Origin: an uncultured Bacilli bacterium
Lineage (GTDB): Bacteria > Bacillota_I > Bacilli_A > RF39 > UBA660
DNA: 64,000 nucleotides
NCBI GenBank assembly: GCA_934096645.1
Contig: CAKOMK010000002.1
Span: 119,383 to 183,382, forward strand
Reading direction: 5' to 3'
Under the pieces are notes generated by a model. The model was given only the letters and a program-made list of their open reading frames with translations. It made no database searches and was not told the origin of the DNA. This document shows, piece by piece, positions 21,035 to 31,404 of the stretch (its first letter is position 1; each line of letters starts with the position of its first letter). A program made the position numbers and the translations under genes.

Positions 21035-21520
21035 TTATTTTCTAGATCTTGTACTCATATTATTTCTTTTTACATAACTCATAAAATCATCTAAAAATTC
21101 ATAATATTCATCTTGACCATATACATCATACATATCACATATAACATCTAAAGCACTTGAACCCATCGTACCAGTTACTTGAGATTGTACTGGATCAAGT
21201 TTAACTATCACTGAAGTAGAAAGTAAATATTCCATATATCTATTAGCTTTCATTTTAACTCTAATATCTTCATAATCACACTTTTTAGTTCCTTCATAAT
21301 TATCATAAAAGAAATCTATTTGACTATATGATTGACTAACTTTAATATATAATCTTATTCTTTTATTAATTTCTTCTAAAATATTTCCTTCATAAGAAAT
21401 CATTTCACTTTCAATAACATATTTTGGAACATTTACTTCTTCTTTTCCTTCTACTTTACTTGATTTAGTGATATATAATTGATCAAATGGTGTTACTTCA
21501 CTTATATCTATTTTTTTCAT
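21035..21520 (-). CDS. Hypothetical cytoplasmic protein, 161 aa
   Basis: ORF 13 nt upstream of lysS on the same strand. No recognisable motif. Confidence 0.5.
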   Translation of the reverse strand: MKKIDISEVTPFDQLYITKSSKVEGKEEVNVPKYVIESEMISYEGNILEEINKRIRLYIKVSQSYSQIDFFYDNYEGTKKCDYEDIRVKMKANRYMEYLLSTSVIVKLDPVQSQVTGTMGSSALDVICDMYDVYGQDEYYEFLDDFMSYVKRNNMSTRSRK

Positions 21521-21532
21521 TTAAATTCCCCC

Positions 21533-22183
21533 TTACATTTTTCTTGAAAACCCAAATTCATGTTCATTTACATAATTAATAAATTTATCTAAATACGTAA
21601 AACTTATATCTGGATTTTCACTTTTAAATTTTTCATATATTTTTACTATTATTGCTAACGCATTATCTTTTGTTTTTTCAAGAACAAGTTCAAAGTTATT
21701 TGGTTCAACAAACATACTATTATTTCTATTGATTAAAGATTCAGCTAAACTCTTACATTCAGTTCTATATGACACGTCCCTCATCTCAATATTGAATTTT
21801 TCATCAAAAGACATATCAATTTTAAGTAAAACACAACTCTTTAAACATGAAGCCAAATAACTATAAGACTCAGATAAAATACTTGAATCAAATACTGAAT
21901 TAGCTCTATGAAGACTTCTATATTCTTCAACTATTTCTAAATATTCTCCAGCTTTAAATCCACCTTTTTTAAGTAAAAATTTATCCATTCCAATATCAAA
22001 TGATATTGTTTTAATTTGTTGATCTAATGAATACAACAAATCATATACAGAACTAGTTATAAATTCTTTAGAACTAAAATCAGTTAAATAAAATCCATTC
22101 TTAAAGAAACTATCTAATTTTCTTTTCTCACAAACATATAAACTGTCATTATCATTAATTCCATTTAATTCTATTGTATTCAT
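21533..22183 (-). CDS. Hypothetical cytoplasmic protein, 216 aa
   Basis: ORF between aspS and the 161-aa gene. No recognisable motif. Confidence 0.5.
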   Translation of the reverse strand: MNTIELNGINDNDSLYVCEKRKLDSFFKNGFYLTDFSSKEFITSSVYDLLYSLDQQIKTISFDIGMDKFLLKKGGFKAGEYLEIVEEYRSLHRANSVFDSSILSESYSYLASCLKSCVLLKIDMSFDEKFNIEMRDVSYRTECKSLAESLINRNNSMFVEPNNFELVLEKTKDNALAIIVKIYEKFKSENPDISFTYLDKFINYVNEHEFGFSRKM

Positions 22184-22210
22184 TAAATCACTCCCCCTAA
22201 CTTAATATTA

Positions 22211-23953
22211 TTAATCTCTAATTTTAATATGTGTCTCTCTTAATTGTTGTTCAAATACTTCATTAGGACATCCCATTAATGCATCACTACCATTAGCAGC
22301 CATTGGGAAAGCAACCATTTCACGAATATTATCTTCATCTTTTAATAACATAAGCATTCTATCAATACCAGGAGCCATTCCAGCATGAGGTGGAGCTCCA
22401 AATTGAAATGCTTGATATAAAGATGGGAACTTACTCTCAACTACTTTTTCATCATATCCAGCTATTTCAAAAGCTTTCTTTAATATAGTAGGATTATAGT
22501 TTCTCTCTCCTCCACTAGCCATTTCTAAACCATTACATACAAAGTCATATTGGCAAGCAACAATGTCACCAGGATTCATATTTAATAAAGAATCCATTCC
22601 GCCATTTGGCATACTAAATGGGTTGTGTGTGAAATCCCATTTATTATCTTCTTCATTCCATTCGTAAAAAGGAAAATCACAAATAATACAAAATTCATAT
22701 CTACTCTTATCAACTAAATTTAATTCATTAGCTATTCTAAGTCTTAAATTACCACATAATTTATCAAACTTTTCACTCTTTTGACCACATACAATAAATA
22801 GAACATTACCAGCTTTTAAATCAAATTTTTCTTTTAAACTATTTATTTCTTCTTCACTAAATAGTTTATACATTGAACCAGCTATTTCTTCATTCTCATT
22901 TACTTTAATAAATCCAAGTGAAGAAGCTCCAAGTCCTTTATATTCTTCTTCTAGTTTTTTATACCAAGAATTAGATTTATCAGAACTTTCTACTTTCATA
23001 GCCTTAACTTCTTTATCTTTAAACACTACGCTTTCATTCTTTTCTAATAATGATGTAATATTTTCAATAACAAAAGGTATTCTTAAATCTGGTTTATCAC
23101 TACCATACTTTTCCATTGCTTCTTTAAATGGAATTCTTCTAAATGGTACTGGAGAAACTTCTTTATTTCCAAATTTTTTAAATACATCATAAAATACTCT
23201 TTGTCCTACTTCAAATACATCTTCTTGAGTAGCAAAACTCATTTCAAAGTCTAATTGATAAAAATCACCATAAAGTCTATCACTTCTAGGATCTTCATCT
23301 CTAAAACAAGGAGCTATTTGAAAATATCTATCAAATCCACTACACATTAATAATTGTTTAAATATTTGTGGTGCTTGAGGTAATGCATAAAATTTACCCT
23401 TAAATTTTCTACTAGGAACAATAAAATCACGTGCTCCCTCCGGACTACTAGCTGTTAAAATAGGAGTTTGTATTTCAGTAAACTTCATATCTTTCATAGT
23501 AGCTCTAATAAAATCTAATACATTTGTTCTAAATACAATACCATCATGAACTTCCTTATTCCTTAAGTCTAAATATCTATATTTAAGTCTAGTTTCTTCA
23601 CTACTAGTCTTAGAAGATTTAATTTCAAATGGTAATGTTTTATAAACATCGCCTAATACTTCTAATGTTTTAATTTCAACTTCGATTTCACCAGTTTTCA
23701 TATTCTTATTAATCATATCATCAGTTCTTTTCTTAACAAGACCTGTCATAGTAATAGTACTCTCACGATTTAATTTAGAATATTTAACATCATCAGTTAT
23801 TAATTGAACTAATCCTGTTTCATCTCTTAAAGTAATAAAAACTAAACTACCTAAATTTCTAACATCTTGTACCCAACCAGCTAATCTTAATTCCTTTCCA
23901 ACATATTCACTTGTTACTTCGGCGCAATGTACATCTCTGTATCTATTAGCCAT
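22211..23953 (-). CDS. aspS: Aspartyl-tRNA synthetase
   Basis: Class II motifs (QAPQIFKQLLMCSGFDRYFQIAPCFRDEDPRSDR; GAPPHAGMAPGIDRMLML). Start set at the ATG with an AGGAAGGTGA SD; the track uses an upstream GTG. Confidence 0.9.
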   Translation of the reverse strand: MANRYRDVHCAEVTSEYVGKELRLAGWVQDVRNLGSLVFITLRDETGLVQLITDDVKYSKLNRESTITMTGLVKKRTDDMINKNMKTGEIEVEIKTLEVLGDVYKTLPFEIKSSKTSSEETRLKYRYLDLRNKEVHDGIVFRTNVLDFIRATMKDMKFTEIQTPILTASSPEGARDFIVPSRKFKGKFYALPQAPQIFKQLLMCSGFDRYFQIAPCFRDEDPRSDRLYGDFYQLDFEMSFATQEDVFEVGQRVFYDVFKKFGNKEVSPVPFRRIPFKEAMEKYGSDKPDLRIPFVIENITSLLEKNESVVFKDKEVKAMKVESSDKSNSWYKKLEEEYKGLGASSLGFIKVNENEEIAGSMYKLFSEEEINSLKEKFDLKAGNVLFIVCGQKSEKFDKLCGNLRLRIANELNLVDKSRYEFCIICDFPFYEWNEEDNKWDFTHNPFSMPNGGMDSLLNMNPGDIVACQYDFVCNGLEMASGGERNYNPTILKKAFEIAGYDEKVVESKFPSLYQAFQFGAPPHAGMAPGIDRMLMLLKDEDNIREMVAFPMAANGSDALMGCPNEVFEQQLRETHIKIRD

Positions 23954-24188
23954 ATAAATCACCTTCCTATAAATAAAAAAAATCTATTCGTAAGCGCGTA
24001 AATAATTACGCTGTGCCATCTTACTTCATAGATTTTTAATTCTACCTTTAATTCTTTAACGCAGAAATACGATTAAGCTCCAAGATTTGTCACGTTTTCT
24101 TTTTTCGCTATTTATCTATTATTAGTTTTCACCAACCACTAACTCTCTATAAAGGAAAATAAATAACTACTCTTCTCTTCATCACTTA
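23954..24188 (-). promoter_or_regulatory. T-box riboswitch leader of aspS (Stem I with K-turn GAGAAGAGUAG, candidate specifier GAC, F-box-like GCGUUAAAG, T-box AAGAUGGCACAGCG, terminator)
   Basis: Shared leader architecture with the argS and tyrS leaders. The UGGC bulge fits a G discriminator. A terminator hairpin GCGTAA…TTACGC plus U8 lies just before the SD. Confidence 0.7.
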
Positions 24189-24195
24189 TGAGAAG

Positions 24196-24224
24196 ATTAT
24201 AGTATTTTATTTCAAATTTGTCAA
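24196..24224 (-). promoter_or_regulatory. Sigma-A promoter of the aspS T-box leader (TTGACA-17-TATAAT)
   Basis: Perfect -35 and -10 hexamers with a 17-nt spacer on the minus strand. Confidence 0.7.
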
Positions 24225-24863
24225 TTATTTTTTATTTTTATATTCTATAACTAATTTATAAGCATTTTCTTCATCAAGTAACGTTCCACTCTCAACATCA
24301 TAAACTGGAACTTCATAATTATATTTAGAAAGTAACTTATTAACTTCTTCTAATTCTTTTCTTAATCTTTTAAATAAAATAGTTTTATTACTGAATAAAG
24401 AATCATCTAAATAATACCTAGTCGGAAAAGTAACTAAAGTCATTTTATCCATACTAACCATATCTTTTACTTGAATCTCATCTGGTAAATCACTATATCT
24501 TTGACTAATAGAACTACCAAGCATTCTCATAAATTCATGACCATCAACAATTGTTCCAATCGGATCTATTATAATTGGTTCTATAACATCTAAACTTTCC
24601 TTAGGAAAACCTACTGCTAAAGAATTTTTAATATATTGATGATATCCATTATACATTGGAGAATTACATAAATCTCTTAATGTATAATCACATAAAGATA
24701 TGTAATCAAGCCCAGCAAAACCTCTAGAAGAAGTTTTGCCTTGCATTCTCCTAGATAATAAATATCCACTATCAAGTATTTCTTCAAGTACTTTTCTTTG
24801 ATCTTCAGGTACATATAAGTAATGAGGATTACCTATATCATGCAAGTAAACATGCTCATTCAT
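24225..24863 (-). CDS. Hypothetical protein, 212 aa
   Basis: ORF only. Confidence 0.45.
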   Translation of the reverse strand: MNEHVYLHDIGNPHYLYVPEDQRKVLEEILDSGYLLSRRMQGKTSSRGFAGLDYISLCDYTLRDLCNSPMYNGYHQYIKNSLAVGFPKESLDVIEPIIIDPIGTIVDGHEFMRMLGSSISQRYSDLPDEIQVKDMVSMDKMTLVTFPTRYYLDDSLFSNKTILFKRLRKELEEVNKLLSKYNYEVPVYDVESGTLLDEENAYKLVIEYKNKK

Positions 24864-24885
24864 GACATTTCCTCCCTATAAATAA

Positions 24886-25446
24886 TTATGCATTCTTTAA
24901 TTTATTTATGTAATTATTAACTTTTTTATACCATGTTTTATCTTCAGCATAATATGGATTAATACTTTCTGGTGTAACCTTACCTTTAGAATAATATTTA
25001 TTTAATTTGTTAATAGCAAATTTAATACCCTCATCTATAGTACTAAACTTTCTATAACTTCCTCCATTACATGAAGGAGTCCCTTTATTACCACCAACAT
25101 TATTACATACTCTAGTAAGATAACTGCATCCCCAATAACAACCAGTTTCTTGAAGCATAACTGCTGTTGCTAAATAAGGATCCATACCAACTTCCATAGA
25201 ATACTCTACAATAAATTCACCTTTATCTTTTAAAGTAGATTTTAAGTATTTATTTAGTTTATTTGCTATATCATGAATATTTTCACCATTATAATATTGC
25301 TTACTTTGAAAATCCTCATAATCACTCTTAAAATCAATTAAAGATAAACTAATTTGATTATCTAAATAATCATGATTTACTAATTCATTATTACTATTAT
25401 TAAATATAGAATTAAATAAACCTAATATTAATAACATTTTTATCAT
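24886..25446 (-). CDS. Secreted glucosaminidase-like (FlgJ/lysozyme subfamily 2-type) peptidoglycan hydrolase domain protein
   Basis: Signal peptide. Conserved …LQETG…(catalytic Glu context)…YYAEDKTWYKKV pattern typical of the mannosyl-glycoprotein endo-beta-N-acetylglucosaminidase domain. Confidence 0.5.
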   Translation of the reverse strand: MIKMLLILGLFNSIFNNSNNELVNHDYLDNQISLSLIDFKSDYEDFQSKQYYNGENIHDIANKLNKYLKSTLKDKGEFIVEYSMEVGMDPYLATAVMLQETGCYWGCSYLTRVCNNVGGNKGTPSCNGGSYRKFSTIDEGIKFAINKLNKYYSKGKVTPESINPYYAEDKTWYKKVNNYINKLKNA

Positions 25447-25520
25447 ATAAAATTATCTACTCCTAATTAAAAATGAGTATTTACTATTATAACACAAATA
25501 CTCATTTAAATCAAATTAGG

Positions 25521-26258
25521 CTACATTTTCAAAGTTTGTTCCTTATCAATACCTAAATATTTACATAAGAAATACTTATAATAAGGATTACTTATATCAT
25601 TAATATTAATTTCAGTTTTCTTTAATAATTCATCTTCATAAAAAGTCATATATTCATTTATTTCACCATCATTTTCAGATATAGCAACAATAAAATCATC
25701 TTTATCTTTAAATGTAATGTGAACTTCTTCTGGTCTACTTAATTTAAAACTATAGTTAAAGTCTCCATCTTCATATGTAAACCCATCAGTACTTTCAACT
25801 GTATTTTCAGAGAAAGAATATGATATTCCTTGAAATTTAGACTCAAATTCTCTTAACTTTTCACAAGACTCCATTATATCTTTTTTACATCTATAAATAG
25901 TTTTATTAATATTTGGTACATTAGAAAATAAATCTTTATATAAATCATACATCATATTTTCATGTATAACTAAAGAATAAGTTACTCCAAATTCACTAAA
26001 ATTTATAGCAACTCTAGGTCCATTAATAGAATTATAAAAATCAATACTATTTATTTTAGGTAAATTTCTATTTCTACTAAATATTCTTCTAATTCTCTTT
26101 CTTTTCTTTTCAAAAAATTCATTATATAAACTTAAAGATTCCTTAATTGAAGATTTTAAATCATATAAACTAGCAGTATCACCACTAGACTTAACTTCTT
26201 TTTGACCAAATTTAGTATATAGTTTAGTTTTAACTCTATAAAATCCATCGCTATTCAT
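25521..26258 (-). CDS. Hypothetical protein, 245 aa
   Basis: ORF only. Confidence 0.45.
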   Translation of the reverse strand: MNSDGFYRVKTKLYTKFGQKEVKSSGDTASLYDLKSSIKESLSLYNEFFEKKRKRIRRIFSRNRNLPKINSIDFYNSINGPRVAINFSEFGVTYSLVIHENMMYDLYKDLFSNVPNINKTIYRCKKDIMESCEKLREFESKFQGISYSFSENTVESTDGFTYEDGDFNYSFKLSRPEEVHITFKDKDDFIVAISENDGEINEYMTFYEDELLKKTEININDISNPYYKYFLCKYLGIDKEQTLKM

Positions 26259-26309
26259 ATATTCACCTCACTTGATTATTTATTATAACAAAATATATTT
26301 ATAACGCAA

Positions 26310-27830
26310 CTATTTTAATAGTGAATGTCCACTCATTTCTTCTGGAGCTTTAATATTCATTATTTCTAATATAGTTGGAGCTATATCACTTAATTTACCA
26401 TCATTTAGTGAATAATTATTATCACATATTATAAATGGTACTTGATTAGTTGTATGACTTGTAACAGGTTCATTATTATCATCCAACATATATTCACAAT
26501 TACCATGATCAGCAGTTATTATTAAAAGTCCACCTTTTTCTAATACTTTGTCATGCAATTTTTGAACACAACCATCTAAATATTCAAGTCCTTCAATAGT
26601 AGCTGGAATATTGCCAGTATGTCCAAGCATATCACCATTAGCATAATTAAGAACTACAACATCATGTATATCTTTATCAATTTCATTAAGTAATTTCTCA
26701 GTAATTTCTGGAGCACTCATTTTAGGTGTTAAATCATATGTAGCAACTTTTTGACTAGGACAAAGTATTCTAGTACATCCTTTTAAATCTCTTTCAATTC
26801 CACCATCGAAGAAATATGTAACATGAGCATACTTTTCAGTTTCAGCTATTCTTAACTGAGTTTTATTATTTTGTTCAAGTACAACTCCAAGAGGAGAATC
26901 AACTTTTTGATTTTTAAATGCATTCTTGCAAATAACTTCATCACTAACACTCATAAGAGTTGTTACATCTAAATTTAAACATTCTTTTTCAAATCCACTA
27001 AAGTTTGGATTACTAAATGCACTAAATAATTCTCTTAATCTATCTGGTCTAAAATTAAATGCAATTAGCACATCTCCCTTTTTAATAAGACCATTTTCAT
27101 CTATTATAACTGGTTCAATAAATTCATCAGTTACACCTTTATCATAACTATCTAAAATGGCTTTTTCAAAGCTTTCACATCTAGGTGCTTCTCCATATAC
27201 TAAAGCTCTATATGATTTTTCAATTCTATCCCATCTATTATCTCTATCCATACTATAGTATCTTCCAGAAACACTAGCAATAGTACCAATGCCAACTTCA
27301 TCTAACTTTTTTTGAAGTCTTCTAAAAAACTCTATTCCAGATTTAGGATTAGTATCTCTTCCATCACTAAAACCATGAATATATAATTTTTTAACTCCTC
27401 TAGAAGCTGCTAAATCTATTATTGCAAATAAATGACTAAATAGTGAATGAACACCAGCATCACTAACAAGACCAAGTAAATGTAATGCAGAATCATTTTG
27501 AAGAGCTCTATCAATAGCCCCATTTAAATTCTCATTCTTAAAGAAAGTTCCTTCTTCAATTTCTTTATTTATTTGTCTTGATGGTTGATAAACAATCTTA
27601 CCAGCACCAATATTCATATGTCCTACTTCACTATTTCCCATAATACCAGCAAGTAAACCTACAGCTTCTCCACTAGCATCTAATCTACTATTAGGATACT
27701 TAGTAAATAAAGAATCAATAAATGGTATATTAGCTTGTTTAAAAGCATTACCATGTATCTCATCCCTTAATCCTACTCCATCTAATATTGCTAAAACAAT
27801 TGGTTTCTTCATCTTAAACATTCCCTTCAT
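26310..27830 (-). CDS. gpmI: 2,3-bisphosphoglycerate-independent phosphoglycerate mutase
   Basis: N-terminal KKPIVLAILDGVG and overall iPGM architecture. The true start may be the Met at 27812. Confidence 0.92.
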   Translation of the reverse strand: MKGMFKMKKPIVLAILDGVGLRDEIHGNAFKQANIPFIDSLFTKYPNSRLDASGEAVGLLAGIMGNSEVGHMNIGAGKIVYQPSRQINKEIEEGTFFKNENLNGAIDRALQNDSALHLLGLVSDAGVHSLFSHLFAIIDLAASRGVKKLYIHGFSDGRDTNPKSGIEFFRRLQKKLDEVGIGTIASVSGRYYSMDRDNRWDRIEKSYRALVYGEAPRCESFEKAILDSYDKGVTDEFIEPVIIDENGLIKKGDVLIAFNFRPDRLRELFSAFSNPNFSGFEKECLNLDVTTLMSVSDEVICKNAFKNQKVDSPLGVVLEQNNKTQLRIAETEKYAHVTYFFDGGIERDLKGCTRILCPSQKVATYDLTPKMSAPEITEKLLNEIDKDIHDVVVLNYANGDMLGHTGNIPATIEGLEYLDGCVQKLHDKVLEKGGLLIITADHGNCEYMLDDNNEPVTSHTTNQVPFIICDNNYSLNDGKLSDIAPTILEIMNIKAPEEMSGHSLLK

Positions 27831-28602
27831 ACATACTAACTAGTTTATTACCAGTTTCATATCCCTTTTTATAAAATTCTAATGAACTAATATCTGAATA
27901 ATTATTCCTATAACATAATTCAAGTATCATATCTCCACTATAATTTGCTATCTTTAATCCTTCTATAACTTTATTATATTCCAAATTCCCATCAAATGGT
28001 ATCAAATGTTCATCACTTTCACCAAAATTATCATGAATATGAACACAAAATATTCTATCTTTAAACTTATGAAAATCAAACTCATCCTTGAAATGGCAAT
28101 GATAATGACCACTATCAAAACAAACACCAACATTTGAATAAGTAATATTTGATAATATAAATTCCAAATATCCTTTTAGTTTAGTATTCTCAAATGCAAC
28201 TTTAACTCCTTTTTCTTTTGCATATTCACATATAGTTTTAAATCTTTCAAGACCTATAGAAGTCATATTAATATATTCACTTCCACCGACTAAATGCATA
28301 ACTACCATTGGAATATTATTTAAAGAACACTCATCTATATTTCTTAAATATTTTTTAACTAAAGTTTCTCCTTCTTCACTATCATTCCATATCTCATTAA
28401 GACCTTTATAACCTAAATGAGCAAATGTAACATTAAGTCCTAACTTTTTAATATATTTAAATTGTTCTTCTTGGCTAATATCAAGTTCTTTATCATACCA
28501 TTGAATAAATACATCTCTAAAGCCACTATTATAAATAGAATCTATTGTTTCAATAGGATTAATATTTTTATTATCATTATTTACACACACACATAAATTC
28601 AT
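27814..28602 (-). CDS. Sugar phosphate isomerase/epimerase (xylose isomerase-like TIM barrel)
   Basis: AP-endonuclease-2/TIM-barrel-like pattern (…HLGY…VAFEN…FDSGH…). Confidence 0.55.
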   Translation of the reverse strand: MNLCVCVNNDNKNINPIETIDSIYNSGFRDVFIQWYDKELDISQEEQFKYIKKLGLNVTFAHLGYKGLNEIWNDSEEGETLVKKYLRNIDECSLNNIPMVVMHLVGGSEYINMTSIGLERFKTICEYAKEKGVKVAFENTKLKGYLEFILSNITYSNVGVCFDSGHYHCHFKDEFDFHKFKDRIFCVHIHDNFGESDEHLIPFDGNLEYNKVIEGLKIANYSGDMILELCYRNNYSDISSLEFYKKGYETGNKLVSMYEGNV

Positions 28603-30245
28603 ATCCCCATACCCATTCTATTATTACAAGATAATTCAAATAAGAACATTTCATAATAGTTTTCACCATTAGGATTCAATAAAGGATCATCAGTTAATTT
28701 TTTAGCTGTATCAGTTAAAGAAATTAAATATCTAATATCATAATCTTCAACAAATGCATTATAATTACATATATTTTTAATTAACTCCATACTTTCAAGA
28801 GTCTTTTTACTATAATGATTTTCACCAGTTATAGCAAATTTCTTATTATATACATTTCTAAGTCTATTTAATACTTCACATGTAGCAGTATATTCTTTAT
28901 TTAATGCTTCCATTCCATTTAAATATTCAGTATCAGCTAAAGATCTAACTCCAATCTTTTTTAATAAATTATCATATTCTTCTCTATTGCTAATTCTATT
29001 TGGAATAATATATTCATCAATAAAGTTTAAAACAGTCATTTTACTACCATTATTAAATAAGTAAAATCCACATTCAGGAACTAAAGATTTTAAGAAATCT
29101 AATCCTTCAATATGATACATATTAAAATAATCTTCAACTTTCATTGCAAAACTATTCTTTTTCTCAATAACTTTTATCATTCCTCTTGTGTTATACACGT
29201 GTCTTCCACGAGCATCCATCACACGAGCTATTCTCCTATCATCAATAGCTTTTTTCTTTCTTTCTAATTCACTACTAGAATACATTGCTAATTGATTAAA
29301 AAGTGATACTACATCTTTAGTTTCAAGTTCACTAGTTTGATTCAAAAACTCCATAGTTTCCATCTTAGAAAATCTATATAAAAATATATCATAAAACATT
29401 TCGTGAATAGATTTAATTGCAAACTTTTTATTATTATCATCAATATTCATAGATGAAACTTTATCAACTTGACTATTCATTTCATTATAAAGTTGTGCTA
29501 AAGTTTTAGGAGTATCATTTTTATTATATTCATAACATAACATAGGATAATCACTTACATCAGGTATTATATGACCATTTATTATATCCAAATCACATAA
29601 ATCATTTATATATTCACTTCCATTATGCATTTCATATTTTTGATGACCAGCATATATATAATAAGGTTCAATAAAATTAGCGCCATTTATAACATTCAAA
29701 TTATGTAAAGATTCAATATCTATCAAAGTTCTCAAACTTCTATCAGCATACTCATTCGCATCAAGTTCAAAATAACACAAATCATGATTTAAAGAATAAT
29801 CATCATAATCAACAACTCTAACTTTAGTTAATTCCATATTATATTTAGATGGAACATTAGTATAAACTGCTTTATTTTGTAAATAATGTCTAAATTCATG
29901 AAATATACAATATATAAAAAGATTAATTGTTTTCTCACGAATACTTTCCTCTTCGCTATAAAATCTCTTAAATCTTCTAGTAGTGGTATTAAATTGAAAT
30001 TTATGTGTTATATTAGAAACTTCAGATAATAATTTAGTTTGAGAAACATACATAGCTTCATACGAATCATCTTCTTCATCACTATATTCTATTTCTAACT
30101 TATCATCAAAATTATTGCTTTCTTTTAAACCATTAATTATATTAAAAACAAACATCTTAAACTTAGGAAGTCTTTCTTCACTAAGAGGTGCTTCTTTCAT
30201 AAATTCAACAAATTCTAAAACAGTTTTTTTAACTTTTTCACTCAT
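28599..30245 (-). CDS. Hypothetical protein, 548 aa, with an HExxH (HEFRH) motif
   Basis: IFHEFRHYLQ. Otherwise unrecognised. Overlaps the downstream gene by 4 nt. Confidence 0.45.
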   Translation of the reverse strand: MSEKVKKTVLEFVEFMKEAPLSEERLPKFKMFVFNIINGLKESNNFDDKLEIEYSDEEDDSYEAMYVSQTKLLSEVSNITHKFQFNTTTRRFKRFYSEEESIREKTINLFIYCIFHEFRHYLQNKAVYTNVPSKYNMELTKVRVVDYDDYSLNHDLCYFELDANEYADRSLRTLIDIESLHNLNVINGANFIEPYYIYAGHQKYEMHNGSEYINDLCDLDIINGHIIPDVSDYPMLCYEYNKNDTPKTLAQLYNEMNSQVDKVSSMNIDDNNKKFAIKSIHEMFYDIFLYRFSKMETMEFLNQTSELETKDVVSLFNQLAMYSSSELERKKKAIDDRRIARVMDARGRHVYNTRGMIKVIEKKNSFAMKVEDYFNMYHIEGLDFLKSLVPECGFYLFNNGSKMTVLNFIDEYIIPNRISNREEYDNLLKKIGVRSLADTEYLNGMEALNKEYTATCEVLNRLRNVYNKKFAITGENHYSKKTLESMELIKNICNYNAFVEDYDIRYLISLTDTAKKLTDDPLLNPNGENYYEMFLFELSCNNRMGMGI

Positions 30246-30280
30246 ATTATCTACCCTACAATAATTATATCATTTATCAC

Positions 30281-30736
30281 TTAAAAAGCAAGATTACTCT
30301 TGCTTCCATTATTAACCTTTTGTCTCTTTCCATTACAATCAACTTCAAGATCCTTATGTTTTATTACTACACTATTCACATCAATCTCAACTATATTATT
30401 ACTCTTAATTTCAACTTCAAATTGATTATTATAAGCATAAAACTCAGTCATATTTCCTTCTGTATCAAAAGATATAAAATAATTAACATTATGAACTGAA
30501 TCATCAAAAGAACTACATGCTTCACCATTAATTCTTCCATAAGTTAATGTATTACTATTTTTAGCATGATAACTTATAGCTTCTTCATAAATTGTATTAA
30601 TAGATGACTTAAAAGTTTCAGCCTCAATAGAATATTTAACAGAAATACATTTATTATTTAAATAATAATATATAATCGCAGACAATGATAAAATCAATAT
30701 AGCTGCTACTATTAAATCTTGTTTTCTTAAATCCAT
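30281..30736 (-). CDS. Small membrane-anchored protein, paralogue B (N-terminal TM + ~110-aa domain with two conserved Cys)
   Basis: Shares TFKSSIN.IY.E…LTYGRI.G..C.SF.DS…Y.ISFD.EGNM.EFYAY.N… with the adjacent ORF. Confidence 0.55.
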   Translation of the reverse strand: MDLRKQDLIVAAILILSLSAIIYYYLNNKCISVKYSIEAETFKSSINTIYEEAISYHAKNSNTLTYGRINGEACSSFDDSVHNVNYFISFDTEGNMTEFYAYNNQFEVEIKSNNIVEIDVNSVVIKHKDLEVDCNGKRQKVNNGSKSNLAF

Positions 30737-30753
30737 TTTACCTCTCCATATTT

Positions 30754-31176
30754 TTATTTCTTTCCATCACAACCTATAATTAAATCTTTATATTTAACTA
30801 CATCTTTTAAATCATTAATACTTATATTTTCACTTTTATTTTCTATTTCATACTTATTATCATAAGCATAAAACTCTATCATATTTCCTTCACTATCAAA
30901 TGAAATATAATAACTAATATTAGAAATAGAATCTTCAAAAGAATTACATGACTTACCATCAATTCTTCCATAAGTTAATTCTTCTTTATTATCATTATGA
31001 TAATTTTTAACTTCTTTATAAATAATATTAATTGATGACTTAAAAGTTTCTTCTTCACTAGTACAAAAACTACCAAATACACAGTTTCTATACATAACAT
31101 ACAAACATACACATAGTAACAATACTATTGCTACTACAATTACCACTACTTTATTTTTCATACTTCTCCATATCAT
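30754..31176 (-). CDS. Small membrane-anchored protein, paralogue A
   Basis: About 45% identical to 30281..30736 over the extracytoplasmic domain. Confidence 0.55.
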   Translation of the reverse strand: MIWRSMKNKVVVIVVAIVLLLCVCLYVMYRNCVFGSFCTSEEETFKSSINIIYKEVKNYHNDNKEELTYGRIDGKSCNSFEDSISNISYYISFDSEGNMIEFYAYDNKYEIENKSENISINDLKDVVKYKDLIIGCDGKK

Positions 31177-31371
31177 TTATTGTTTATTAATTTTTGACTC
31201 ATATTTCAAAGTCTTTGTTCAAACGCCAAGTATAATCAAATAAATAACATTCTAATAAGCAATACATCACGCTCCTTAAAACAATAGTCTTTAAGGCTAT
31301 CACTAATATAGACTAATAATAGCAAACAATATTGTTGATGTGTAATAGAAATGTACAAAATATCAATTTTT

Positions 31372-31403
31372 TGTCATAAAAAAAACATTACATAAAAGTA
31401 ATG
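31372..31403 (-). terminator. Rho-independent terminator downstream of the 2H phosphoesterase gene
   Basis: CATTAC-ttttat-GTAATG followed by U8 on the minus strand. Also flanked by T-runs on the plus strand. Confidence 0.65.
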
Positions 31404-31404
31404 A

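Noticed and set aside
31270-31295. Inverted repeat CCTTAAA-N9-TTTAAGG in the 31177-31404 intergenic region
   Set aside because: It has no flanking U-run on either strand, so it is not an intrinsic terminator. It may be an operator, but there is no supporting context.
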